A DNA stretch of 6,582 bases from the NCBI RefSeq assembly GCF_006345805.1, contig NW_021829297.1, positions 1 through 6,582 of the forward strand, written 5' to 3'. The notes beneath the pieces were generated by a model, which was not told where the DNA came from, searched no databases, and saw only the letters and a program-made list of their open reading frames with translations. A program made the translations under genes and the position numbers. The DNA is from Octopus sinensis (taxonomy: Eukaryota). Below are positions 6,262 to 6,582 of this stretch, in pieces. Within the stretch, counting starts at the first letter, position 1. Each line of letters begins with the position of its first letter.

Positions 6262-6561
6262 ATTTGACTGCGCCCATGCAGGAGCACCGCCTTAGAGTGT
6301 TTTAGTCGAAGAAATCGACCCCAGGACTTATTCTTTGTATGCCTAGTTACTTATTCCATCGTTCTCTTTTGCCGAACCACTAACTTACGGACACACACAC
6401 ACACATGACGGGCTCATTTCAGTTTCCTTCTACCAAATCCACTCACAAGGCTTTGGTCGGCCCGAGGCTATAGTAGAAGACACTTGCCCAAGGTGCCACG
6501 CAGTGGGACTGAACCATGTGATTGAGAAGAAAGCCTCTTACCACGCAGCCACGCCCGCACC
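6262..6561 (-). mobile_element. SINE family A copy with internal deletions, 3' end abutting a SINE C tail
   Basis: A box TGGCTGCGTGGT (6540-6551) and B box GGTTCAGTCCC (6505-6515) on the minus strand. Colinear with 347-797. The internal microsatellite is only about (AC)8. Confidence 0.88.
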
Positions 6562-6582
6562 CATAGTTCAACAGATTAATAT

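Overview
Non-coding, repeat-saturated eukaryotic DNA, most likely an intron or intergenic region of an octopus (coleoid cephalopod) genome. The taxon is inferred from my recognition of the SINE families, not from a search. No host gene, CRISPR array or rRNA is supported. The window holds many microsatellites, three tRNA-headed SINE families (four larger copies plus a tail fragment), a short RTE-clade LINE derivative, a 5'-truncated CR1-like LINE 3' end, a non-autonomous Helitron with a SINE nested at its 5' end, and three hAT-like MITE units (about 167 bp). The most striking observation is a minus-strand type I minimal hammerhead-ribozyme fold at 5650-5712 whose core reads GUGAACA instead of CUGAnGA, i.e. 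a compensatory G3:C8 swap. It also has a palindromic stem III of the kind seen in Penelope-associated dimeric hammerheads. Only one ORF in the track (1634..2098, CR1-like ORF2 C-terminus) looks biologically real.
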